Positions 52,714 to 61,541 of a stretch of 64,000 bases of DNA are shown here, piece after piece. The notes under the pieces are model-generated. The model saw only the letters and a list, made by a program, of their open reading frames with translations. It did not search any database and was not told the DNA's origin. The DNA lies in assembly GCA_964486045.1 (NCBI GenBank), contig CAZALK010000001.1, forward strand, positions 920,837-984,836. Reading direction: 5' to 3'. Positions within the stretch are counted from its first letter, which is position 1, and each line of letters begins with the position of its first letter. The DNA is from an uncultured archaeon (GTDB taxonomy: Archaea; Asgardarchaeota; Lokiarchaeia; Sigyniarchaeales; SOKP01). The position numbers and the translations under genes were made by a program.

Positions 52714-52824
52714 CTATGAAAAATATGTTTCTGTATCGCAAATGAGACATTAATGAAATCCTTCCTTAACTTCGAGTTATATCCCACATTCTTGACAAAA
52801 TTTTTTATCTTTTTGCGTTGACAT
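52714..52824 (-). pseudogene. Zinc-ribbon microprotein pseudogene
   Basis: MSTQKDKKFCQECGI*LEVKEGFH*CLICDTETYFS*: two CxxC knuckles with two internal TAA stops; starts immediately after the GIY-YIG stop. Confidence 0.55.
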
Positions 52825-52825
52825 A

Positions 52826-53380
52826 CTATATTTCTTCCTTTTGTTTAAGAATAAGACCCTTTTTCTTAATGATAGGATTTAAACTTTCTATATTTTGCCT
52901 AATGATTTCTAATTTCTCACCTTTATCCATTGAAATAAAATCTATTTTTTCCCTTACTTCATGAGGTAAATATGCGAAAAGATTATCAATCTGAGTTTCG
53001 GTTAATGGCTTAGTAATATTATATCCATCCATAAAATCTAATTGCATTGGATTTTCTAATTCCACATCTTTATAATAAGTTATATTTTTATATTTAAATT
53101 TTTTCTTTAAGGTTTTTGGGAGTTTTGCTCGTTTCTTTATGAATTCTAATAATGTTGATACTGGTTTAAACCACTCTCCCCTTATTAAACAATTTCTAAA
53201 ACTTAATTGTATTCTTTGTTCAATTTCTTTATCTCCTTCTATTAATCCCAATAAAATTAAATCTTCAGCGTTTCCAACTTGTAATTTTTCCATTCTATCT
53301 AAAACATCAGTAGTAATACCTATTTTTATAGCTCCTTTTTTACCAGATCTTATAAAATATATATACGGCACTTCACTCAC
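52826..53380 (-). CDS. T5orf172/MUG113-type GIY-YIG domain protein
   Basis: YIYFI..AIKIGIT..DRMEKLQVGN...EQRIQ..F...IRGEWF. Confidence 0.8.
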   Translation of the reverse strand: MSEVPYIYFIRSGKKGAIKIGITTDVLDRMEKLQVGNAEDLILLGLIEGDKEIEQRIQLSFRNCLIRGEWFKPVSTLLEFIKKRAKLPKTLKKKFKYKNITYYKDVELENPMQLDFMDGYNITKPLTETQIDNLFAYLPHEVREKIDFISMDKGEKLEIIRQNIESLNPIIKKKGLILKQKEEI

Positions 53381-53393
53381 TTTCTTTATTATA

Positions 53394-53546
53394 TTAATTT
53401 ACTTTTTCTAATAATATCTTTTTTGCTTTTAATTTAGTAACAGGTTCTTCAATTTGATTGATAATTGATTTTAGATCTTCAGGAGTAAGATCTTTTTTCC
53501 ATTTCCTTATTTTTTCCTCAAGTGATAATCTCTCCTGTAAAGTCAT
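53394..53546 (-). CDS. Small hypothetical protein (50 aa)
   Basis: MTLQERLSLEEKIRKWKKDLTPEDLKSIINQIEEPVTKLKAKKILLEKVN; SD GGAGG upstream; ATGA overlap with the upstream ORF. Confidence 0.55.
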   Translation of the reverse strand: MTLQERLSLEEKIRKWKKDLTPEDLKSIINQIEEPVTKLKAKKILLEKVN

Positions 53547-53762
53547 CGAAACATACCTCCTGGATCCTTTTTTATGGGAATTGTCTGCTCTGGTTGTTTT
53601 ACTAAGGCAGTAAAAGTCTTTGCCATCTCTTTAATTCCATTGCCCATCTCAATTATCGCATTTTTAAGCTCTGAAATTTCAGTTTTTATATTTTCAAGTT
53701 CATTAGGCATGTCAGGATAAGATTTTGCTTTTTCTATATCATCAGTTTCTTCTTCTCCTCCA
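53543..53762 (-). pseudogene. 5'-truncated coiled-coil ORF
   Basis: GEEETDDIEKAKSYPDMPNELENIKTEISELKNAIIEMGNGIKEMAKTFTALVKQ...PGGMFR*; no credible start, coding character stops near 53765. Confidence 0.45.
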
Positions 53763-53767
53763 GTATA

Positions 53768-54224
53768 GGGAGAATTGAAAAAGAATTAAAAAGAATTAGA
53801 GTAATCAGAACATCTATAGATACTGCCTTAAATCCAGAAAAACTCTCAGAGGGTGCTAAATCTTTTTTTTATGAGGATATTTTTGGGATTTAATGAAAGA
53901 TTTAGAAAAAGAGGATTTAGATGATAGTTGTAGATGCCTATAGGTTCAATCTTGGACATCTTCTTCTATGATTACTATGAGAGTTGTAGAATCTGCTTTA
54001 AGATCATATTATCAAAAAATTACAGGAAATGATCCTGAAAGAAAAACCTACGGAAGTTTATTAGGAGAATTATAAATAGTAAATCTACAAATAAAACTCT
54101 AATTAGATATCTGGACTATTTAAGGGAAATTCGAAATAAGCTAGGGCACCCAGATACTCGGTTTGAACAGTTCGAAGCGGAAGCCATGTTTCATCGATCT
54201 AATCTTTTTTTGCTATTCATATAA
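53768..54224 (+). pseudogene. HEPN-domain (DUF4145-like) pseudogene
   Basis: Fragments LDDSCRCL*VQSWTSSSMITMRVVESALRSYY and LDYLREIRNKLGHPD (RxxxxH at 54132-54149); in-frame stops and two frameshifts. Confidence 0.65.
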
Positions 54225-54430
54225 AGAGATTTTAGTCGTGCAGTTTAGAGAGAGGAAAAATTATTTCTTTGGATGGCGCAATTTTTTAATAGTTATGTCG
54301 TTAAGGCGCCTCCCAATATTTAAGGTTTAATGAAAAGGTTTATATATTTAGATTTATATGATTAAATAGAAATGGAATGAAACAGGTTAAAATTAGCAGA
54401 TGCTAGTTTAATCTGTATGAATACTTTTTT

Positions 54431-54958
54431 TTAAGGATATTGTATTTCTTCAATAATATCATCAATATTATTAACGCTGTCAACTTTATTTTTCAATTCT
54501 TTACCTAAAGCATGTTTAAATGCCCATAATTCTATTCTTCTCCCAAGATCTCTAACTCTTTCAATAGGAGGTATAAAATCTGCATCAGCGCTTACAACAA
54601 TCCCTGTATCATAACTTCTTTGAAATGCATGCCATAATAAATCTGTAGACAAACTTGCATCAATCCCTTTTTCGACAAAAGTATTCGTTATTTCTCCACA
54701 AGATCGACATGTTACATCTCTCTTTTTTAAGAGTTTAGTTTTAATTTCTACTCCAAGACCCTTAAGCATTTTAAAGAATTTTCCTTTTTCCTGACTTTTT
54801 GATTTTATTCCTGAATAATAATACGCTCTAATTACATTTCGATCTTTTCGTAAAATTGAGAGGAATTTTTCATAACTTATTTTAAAATTTAGTTGTCTAC
54901 AAGAACGAAATATATTAGAACCATCAATAAAAATCATAACCTTATCATATTGCGACAT
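54431..54958 (-). CDS. NYN-domain (LabA/DUF88, PIN-like) protein
   Basis: IFIDGSN, RAYYY, CRSC insertion, EKGIDASL..D, VSADADF.P. Confidence 0.88.
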   Translation of the reverse strand: MSQYDKVMIFIDGSNIFRSCRQLNFKISYEKFLSILRKDRNVIRAYYYSGIKSKSQEKGKFFKMLKGLGVEIKTKLLKKRDVTCRSCGEITNTFVEKGIDASLSTDLLWHAFQRSYDTGIVVSADADFIPPIERVRDLGRRIELWAFKHALGKELKNKVDSVNNIDDIIEEIQYP

Positions 54959-55245
54959 TATAATTTTTGACTTTTTTGTTATTAATTAAAGATTTTTTAA
55001 TAATTATTATTGATGAATATTTATAAAGAAATGTATTAGTGAAAGGATATAAAAACTAAAATGAGTAAAGATTATTTTTTATTTAGAATATATGACTATA
55101 GACTAATGAATTATTAACAGCAAAAGATTTATTTGATAAAATTGGATTTGAAATAATTTGTACTAAATACATTAATATATAAACGATATACGTTGTTAAG
55201 AAAAAGAAAATCGATTCTGTGAATGATAATTTCAGACAAAAAAAA

Positions 55246-56511
55246 TTAGGGTAAAACATATTCTTTTCCGTAAGTTTTATCGGTAAAAACATAGATTTTG
55301 TCTTCCCCATTGCTAACTACTTTTCCATCAACTTTTAATTCTGCGAGTAAAGGTTTTTCCTTTGTACCTCGGGGAGTTTTCTTAACTTTTTTTTCCTCGA
55401 ATTTAATTATCTTTACGTTTTGATGAATATAGGTATCGGTATTCTTACCCATGATGATTATATCATCATTTTGAGTAAGATATCCGTCATCTAATGTAAT
55501 ATTTGCGAAACCAGTCCTCTGATTAAACTTCTTAATATGACCCACTTTTATATAACGATAATGAGATAAATTCGATGGTGATTTATGTTGATGATCCTCT
55601 TCTGTCATTCTTTTAAAATAAAAACCAGGGGTAAAACCTCTATTATAAACTCTTTTCAAATCAGTGACCCATCTTCCTACTTTTTTTTTTGTAAATGTTC
55701 CATTATAATATGCGTCAATAGCCTCTCGATATGATTTTGTCACTACATCAACGTAATGCGGATGTTTCATCCGACCCTCAATTTTGAACGCATCAATCCT
55801 TGCCTCAATAAGTTTAGGGATATATGCGATTGTACATAGATCTCTCGAATTAAGAAACCTTACTCCATCATAAAAATATTCCTTCCCAGATTCTTCACGA
55901 AGCCACCAACGCCTTCTACAAGGTTGCTCACAATTTCCTCTATTTGCTGATTTTTCTTCAGAACCACAAATATCCTGAGAAAAATAACATCTTCCGCTAA
56001 TGGAGGTGCACATTGCACCATGTATAAAAACTTCGATTTCTGTTTGTGCCAAATTTCTCTTAATTTCTCTTATCCTTTCAAGAGATAATTCTCGTGCCAA
56101 AATAATTCTTTGGGCTCCTAAATTTTCATAGAATCTTGCGGATAGAGAGTTAGAAATATTAAATTGAGTAGAAATATGAAATGGAAGTTGTAGTTCTTTT
56201 GCAATTTCAATTGCCGCAAAATCATGAACAATTACGGCATCAATGCCCGCATTTTTGCTTTTTTCAATGATATCTCGTAATAATTCCAATTCATTGTCAT
56301 ATAACAAAATATTAGTCGTTAAATATGCCTTTAAATCGATGTTGTGACAGAAATCCACCACTTTATTTAAATTCTCTAAAGCAATATTTTCTGACCGCAT
56401 CCTCATATTAAATTTTTTAGATATTCCGAAATAAACAGAATCTGCGTATCTGGATGCAGCTTTAATTGCTTTAAAATTTTTAGCGGGAGCGAGTAATTCT
56501 ACTTTTTTCAT
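55246..56511 (-). CDS. U32 peptidase-family protein (probable Fe-S RNA hydroxylation protein)
   Basis: ELLAPA, ADSVYFG, HISTQ, ILARELS, FIHGAMCTSISGRC, NRGNCEQPCR, KIEGR. Confidence 0.88.
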   Translation of the reverse strand: MKKVELLAPAKNFKAIKAASRYADSVYFGISKKFNMRMRSENIALENLNKVVDFCHNIDLKAYLTTNILLYDNELELLRDIIEKSKNAGIDAVIVHDFAAIEIAKELQLPFHISTQFNISNSLSARFYENLGAQRIILARELSLERIREIKRNLAQTEIEVFIHGAMCTSISGRCYFSQDICGSEEKSANRGNCEQPCRRRWWLREESGKEYFYDGVRFLNSRDLCTIAYIPKLIEARIDAFKIEGRMKHPHYVDVVTKSYREAIDAYYNGTFTKKKVGRWVTDLKRVYNRGFTPGFYFKRMTEEDHQHKSPSNLSHYRYIKVGHIKKFNQRTGFANITLDDGYLTQNDDIIIMGKNTDTYIHQNVKIIKFEEKKVKKTPRGTKEKPLLAELKVDGKVVSNGEDKIYVFTDKTYGKEYVLP

Positions 56512-56701
56512 TTCTGTTTTTTCATTTCTGTTAATTTAGTAACGTTGTTTTATCATCATTTTTATTCTGAAACCATCATTCTTCATTATAAGTTTGTTAT
56601 AATTTAATATATTAATTCTATCGTCTTTTTTAATGAATATTTAAGTTTAGTATTTTCTTTTATTCTATAAAAAGGATAAATTATTTTTAAAAGAAGAGTT
56701 T

Positions 56702-58144
56702 TTGGTGAACATTTTAACGGGTAAAAATAATCATCTCACTGTTATGAAATTTGGTGGATCTTGTCTACAAGACATGAGATCTTATTACCGGACCGTAGAA
56801 ATTATCAAAACTTATTTAGGGAAATCTAAATTAGTTATAGTTGCTTCAGCTATGAAGAACATTACTGATAAACTACTCAATTTCTATAAAAAGTCTTGCA
56901 TCGAGGATCCTGAATGTGAAGTCATGCTTAATGAAATAAATACAATTCATACGAATTTAATTGATAAATTAATCGAATCAAAAACTCTCGAATACCAAAA
57001 ATCAATTGCTTTCCTAAAAAAAAATATCGAAGAAATAACTCAATTAGGTTTTGTCATACAATTGATTAGACCAAGCACCGATATTCAAGATCTTATCATA
57101 TCTTATGGGGAAAAACTTAGCACTTTTATTTTAGCTCAATATCTCAATTCGATTGGGATCGATTCTGAATATGTCCCCTCGAATGAAATAATTATTACTG
57201 ATGATAATTTTGGTAATGCTATGCCTCTTTTAAAGGATACTGAAGAGGTTGTTCTTGAGAGATTAATACCAACCTTGAATTCAAAGCGTAATCCAACATT
57301 ATGTATTACTGGTTTTTTTGGTTCAACTAAAGAGGATAAGAAAATTACAACGCTTGGTCGAGGAGGAACGGATTTAACGGCAGCTATTCTTGCTTATGCG
57401 TTAAGAAACTCATTTCTTTGCAATGTTATATATTGGAAAGATGTAAAGGGTCTACTGGATGCGGATCCTAAGATCGTGAAAAAAACTTCTCTTATTAAAA
57501 ACATTTCATATGTTGAAGCTAAAGAACTAGCATTTTTTGGTGCAAAAGTTTTGCATCCTTTATGCCTTGATATTAACGAGAAGGGAAACATTCCTTCTGA
57601 AATTAGATCGTTCAATAATCCTAATTCAGATGAGTTTACAACAATAACAAAAGAAATTGAGAAGGAAGGAAATGTAATTAAAGCGATTACTTCAATCTAT
57701 AAGATATCAATGGTAACAGTTGAGGGTGATACGATGATTCCTCTTCCTGGAACTGCCTCTAAACTCTTTTCTCTCTTAGGAGACAACAATATAGATCTTG
57801 TGTTTATTTCTCAAAGTTCCTCAGAAAATAATATTACATTTGGAATAGATTTGGAGGATTCAAAGAAAGTAAGTTTTCTTTTGAGAAATTCAGATTTATT
57901 TGGTAAGAGTTGGTTCCAAATTAAAATTAATAATGATATTTCTCTTATAGCTATCATAGGTGCAGGAATTCTTTATACACCTGGCATTGCTGGTAAAGTT
58001 TTTTCTGCTTTGGGAGATAATAATATAAATATTTTAGCGATTGCTCAAGGATCTTCCGAATTAAACTTTACTGCAATAATAGAAAGAAAAGAATGTGAAA
58101 AAGCAATTAATGTTTTGTACGATGCTTTTATTAATTCACAATAA
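56702..58144 (+). CDS. lysC: Aspartate kinase
   Basis: VMKFGGS, VASAM, SYGEKLS, TLGRGGTDLTA, KDVKG..ADP, EAKELAFFGAKVLHP, two ACT domains (QSSSE, AQGSSE). Confidence 0.92.
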   Translation: MVNILTGKNNHLTVMKFGGSCLQDMRSYYRTVEIIKTYLGKSKLVIVASAMKNITDKLLNFYKKSCIEDPECEVMLNEINTIHTNLIDKLIESKTLEYQKSIAFLKKNIEEITQLGFVIQLIRPSTDIQDLIISYGEKLSTFILAQYLNSIGIDSEYVPSNEIIITDDNFGNAMPLLKDTEEVVLERLIPTLNSKRNPTLCITGFFGSTKEDKKITTLGRGGTDLTAAILAYALRNSFLCNVIYWKDVKGLLDADPKIVKKTSLIKNISYVEAKELAFFGAKVLHPLCLDINEKGNIPSEIRSFNNPNSDEFTTITKEIEKEGNVIKAITSIYKISMVTVEGDTMIPLPGTASKLFSLLGDNNIDLVFISQSSSENNITFGIDLEDSKKVSFLLRNSDLFGKSWFQIKINNDISLIAIIGAGILYTPGIAGKVFSALGDNNINILAIAQGSSELNFTAIIERKECEKAINVLYDAFINSQ

Positions 58145-58149
58145 AAAAG

Positions 58150-59394
58150 CTAAAAACTAAAGAAATTTGTAAACATCTCTTTAGCAAGTTTTTTCCTTAT
58201 GTTTTCTCTTTTTTCACTAGTAATATTATCTTTGAGAGCATCATTACAAATCTTCTTTCCAATAATGACTTTAGGATTATTTGCCCAATTAACATCAATC
58301 AGTAAACAAAGGTAATATACTGAAGATAAAATAAACGCAACAAGGACGCCCATACTTTCTTCTGAAGGATTTGTTAAGGTAATTTTAGCAGATGGAGTAC
58401 GTTGTTGAATTAAAGCTTGAAAAGTTGCATCTGCTTGATAATTAATTATGCTCTGAGCACTTTTTCCGTTAACATAATCAATGGAAGATGTTAAATCCAA
58501 CTCTGAAATTTCATGTTCAACCGTCCACAAAATTGGAATTACCAATCCTTTCGATCCTCCTAATAAATACTCTAATACCGAATGCTGGCATATTGGAGCC
58601 TCCTGATATGTTCCTATCATACCTCTCTCGTTTTTTCCAGTGCTTTCAGATACCCCTTGGACCCACAATCCAGTGCTTCCTTCTAAATTTTTTGAATAAG
58701 GCATAGAAAAAATAACCTTATAATTCTTTTTATACAAGTTGTATATGTAAGCAGAAAACTTTATGGCTCTATTATTGTTGTCTAATGAAGAAAAACTTTT
58801 ATACCCAATTTCTAAACCCTTTAAGAACTCTTTAATATTAATTCCGGCAATACATGCGGGGACAACAGCAACATTGGTAACCGATCCTGCGTAACGACCA
58901 GAAAGATTTGGCACTTCTAAAATAGGACAGTTAATTTCACGTAAAATTTCATTCATGGACCCTGTTGATGATAAACCTAAAAATTTATATCCCCTCTTCC
59001 AGAAGGTTCCTATCGTTGAGTTAACATCCAATGTTTCACCCCCTCTCGAAATTGGTATTACAACCGAGTCTTTTGGAGAAGTTGCAGCTAAACATCCCTT
59101 TAGTTCCACTGCTCTTGAACTAGTTATAGGAAAAATCCGCTTCTTCGATAAATGTTTCAATGCTAGTAATGTTTGAATTGAACCTCCAGTCCCTAAAACT
59201 ATTATATTTTTAATTTCCTCTGACAAAAATGGTTTAATTGTTCTTCTAATTTTGTCAAAATCTAAATATGATTTCGTATCAAAAAAAAAGGGTTCATCCC
59301 ATTTACTTTTATTTTCTTTGATCTTATTGATTGAAATTTGAAGTAATTCATCATTAATGCCTGGATAATATTCCAATTTTAAATTTTTTAACAT
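58150..59394 (-). CDS. pgi: Glucose-6-phosphate isomerase-like SIS protein
   Basis: GTGGS, SRGGET, GRYA, QGVSESTGK, QHS, NPKVIIGKK correspond to the PGI motifs GIGGS/SKSGxT/GRYS/QxxxESxGK/QHS/QPGVExGK. Confidence 0.65.
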   Translation of the reverse strand: MLKNLKLEYYPGINDELLQISINKIKENKSKWDEPFFFDTKSYLDFDKIRRTIKPFLSEEIKNIIVLGTGGSIQTLLALKHLSKKRIFPITSSRAVELKGCLAATSPKDSVVIPISRGGETLDVNSTIGTFWKRGYKFLGLSSTGSMNEILREINCPILEVPNLSGRYAGSVTNVAVVPACIAGINIKEFLKGLEIGYKSFSSLDNNNRAIKFSAYIYNLYKKNYKVIFSMPYSKNLEGSTGLWVQGVSESTGKNERGMIGTYQEAPICQHSVLEYLLGGSKGLVIPILWTVEHEISELDLTSSIDYVNGKSAQSIINYQADATFQALIQQRTPSAKITLTNPSEESMGVLVAFILSSVYYLCLLIDVNWANNPKVIIGKKICNDALKDNITSEKRENIRKKLAKEMFTNFFSF

Positions 59395-59665
59395 AATATT
59401 TCATCTGTTAGATTGACACAATTTTCATCTATATCTAATAATTCTGTGTTGTTTTTATTATTTTTTTAATCCAATTAGGAAACAATCGATAAAAAAAAAT
59501 CAAATATATTAAAAATTATAATTATTTTGTCGCTTATGTTAATATACATTCTAAAAAAATCTATAAACTATAACTCTATTTTACTTAAAATAAAGAACAG
59601 AACAACTATACATAATAAAGCCTAAGTATATAAAATACTATAAAATTTTAATTAAGTGATAAAAA

Positions 59666-61003
59666 GTGGCAAAAGCAGCAGATTTAAAAAATAAGGATGG
59701 ATTTGTTGAAGGTCAAGCATATTTCTGCCCAGAATGTAATAGAATGCATAATAAAGGAAAAATATACAAAGAACATTTAGAGTATGCCCAAACAGAGAAA
59801 TCTACTGAGGACTCTAAAGAAAATAATTTTGATGATGAACAAGAATTAATTGAAGCATTCAATGAAATAGAAAAAGAAGTTGGTGTAGAAGAAGACATAG
59901 GTGTAGAAGAAGACATAGGTGTAGAAGAAGACATAGGTGTAGAAGAAGTCATAGGTGTAGAAGAAGACATAGGCGCAGAAGAAGACATAGGTGTAGAAGA
60001 AGACATAGGCGCAGAAGAAGATATAAATTTGCTCTTAGATGACAACGATGATACTATTGAGGATAGTGTAAAGACAGTTAAAAAACTTCCAGGTGTAGGA
60101 GAAGCTACTCTTAATAAACTTATAAAAGCAGGTTTCAATAGCCTTGAATCTATAGCATATACACCACCTAGAATAATCAAAGAGGAGAGCGGACTTGGTG
60201 ATAAAACGATTGAAAAATTAATAAAAGCCTCGATGGAACAATTGGGATTAGGTTTTAAATCTGCAGAAGCAATATGGGAGCACAGAAAGAATATTGCTAG
60301 AATTACAACGGGAAGTCAAGAATTAGATGACGTATTAGGTGGTGGTATAGAGACGGGGAGTGTTATTGAGTTTTTTGGAGAATTTAGAACGGGTAAAACT
60401 CAGATCATGCATCAGTTATGTGTGAACGTACAGTTACCAAAGGAAAAAGGTGGACTCGAGGGTAGAGCTTTATATATAGATACTGAAGGAACCTTTCGAC
60501 CAGAAAGGATTATACAGATGTCAGAAGGTCTTGATATAGATTATAAACAGGTGCTTAAGAATATCGTTTATGGAAGAGCCTACAATAGTGATCACCAAAT
60601 ACTCTTAGTTAAGGAAGCTACTAACTTAATCAAAGAAAAAAACATTAAGTTAATTGTGATTGACTCATTAATTGGTCATTTCCGAAGTGAATATATTGGT
60701 CGAGGTACATTAGCAACTAGACAACAGACCATCAATGCTCATCTCCATGACTTATTGAGATTGTGTGATATATATACGGATTTAGCAGTTGTACTAACTA
60801 ATCAAGTCCAGTCTAAGCCAGATACATTTTATGGGAACCCATTACGGGCTACAGGAGGAAATATTGTTGCTCATGGGTCAACTATTAGGATTTATTTACG
60901 AAAAGGTAAGGGAGAACAGAGGATTGCAAAAGTAGTCGATGCCCCTCACCTACCCGAAGGCGAGGCTGTTTTTAGTATTCTTGAGAGTGGGATATCTGAT
61001 TAA
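59666..61003 (+). CDS. radA: RadA/Rad51-family recombinase with N-terminal Zn-finger and acidic repeat extension
   Basis: HhH (LPGVG), FxxA polymerisation motif (GFKSA), Walker [20 protein letters not shown], Walker [28 protein letters not shown]. Confidence 0.95.
   Translation: MAKAADLKNKDGFVEGQAYFCPECNRMHNKGKIYKEHLEYAQTEKSTEDSKENNFDDEQELIEAFNEIEKEVGVEEDIGVEEDIGVEEDIGVEEVIGVEEDIGAEEDIGVEEDIGAEEDINLLLDDNDDTIEDSVKTVKKLPGVGEATLNKLIKAGFNSLESIAYTPPRIIKEESGLGDKTIEKLIKASMEQLGLGFKSAEAIWEHRKNIARITTGSQELDDVLGGGIETGSVIEFFGEFRTGKTQIMHQLCVNVQLPKEKGGLEGRALYIDTEGTFRPERIIQMSEGLDIDYKQVLKNIVYGRAYNSDHQILLVKEATNLIKEKNIKLIVIDSLIGHFRSEYIGRGTLATRQQTINAHLHDLLRLCDIYTDLAVVLTNQVQSKPDTFYGNPLRATGGNIVAHGSTIRIYLRKGKGEQRIAKVVDAPHLPEGEAVFSILESGISD
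59882..60025 (+). repeat. In-frame 18-bp tandem repeat, 8 copies (GGTGTAGAAGAAGACATA) encoding G(V/A)EE(D/V)I
   Basis: Five exact copies and three variants read directly from the sequence. Confidence 0.95.
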
Positions 61004-61044
61004 TTCAGTTTCAAAGAAAGCTTTTCATTAAATCAATTCCTTCA

Positions 61045-61269
61045 CTATATTTTTATTTTCCAACCAAATTTTTGAGTAAACTCAATTTTTTCCTCATTAT
61101 TCAGTTGGTGTATTATCAAATTTATTACTTTTTCAGAAATAGTAATTCTTTGAATAGCTGCTCTCTCTAAAATTTTATCACTCAATATTTTTTGCGATTT
61201 TACTGACTTTTCTTCATACAGTATCTTTAAAATGATCTTTTCAATCTGTTTTTCAATTTTAGATGAGAT
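61045..61269 (-). CDS. Small winged-helix-like protein (74 aa) with probable ATC start; absent from the ORF track
   Basis: (I)SSKIEKQIEKIILKILYEEKSVKSQKILSDKILERAAIQRITISEKVINLIIHQLNNEEKIEFTQKFGWKIKI*; SD GGAGG at 61278-61282; no ATG/GTG/TTG between the upstream TAG (61303) and codon 28. Confidence 0.6.
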   Translation of the reverse strand: MSSKIEKQIEKIILKILYEEKSVKSQKILSDKILERAAIQRITISEKVINLIIHQLNNEEKIEFTQKFGWKIKI

Positions 61270-61541
61270 TGCTAATCCCTCCTTTTTCTTTTCTAAAATA
61301 TGCTATCTTTTGTATTATTTAATAGTCATCTGATCTACTTTTTTTTGAATATCGTTTGATGTTATCTAAGAAGTCAAAAAATATTCTACAATTTAATCTA
61401 TTTAACTATACCACTAATGGTTTAGAACTATTGGAATTCAATGACATTAAAAAATCTCTATTTAATAAAAAAATTACTCTAATATATAATTACTTTCAAA
61501 AAAAAATAGAATTGTAAAACAAAAAATACAAAATAAAAATT

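Larger units (their letters stand above)
52502..54958. mobile_element. Decayed virus/MGE-derived island
   Basis: Tightly packed short minus-strand ORFs with ATGA overlap and strong SD, a T5orf172 GIY-YIG gene, several pseudogenes, HEPN and NYN RNase-domain genes; no integrase or att repeat identified. Confidence 0.45.

Noticed and set aside
55083-55310. 75-aa ORF overlapping the end of the U32 gene
   Set aside because: Compositionally non-protein-like, and the U32 gene ends normally at 55246
59882-60025. Tandem repeat considered as a possible CRISPR array
   Set aside because: Head-to-tail 18-bp units without spacers, in frame within radA
414-60180. Numerous antisense or overlapping ORFs in the track (e.g. 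414-758, 930-1280, 28937-29332, 29551-30027, 44759-45142, 59713-60180)
   Set aside because: They are shadows of well-supported genes on the opposite strand and have no independent motifs; 59713-60180 merely mirrors the radA repeat
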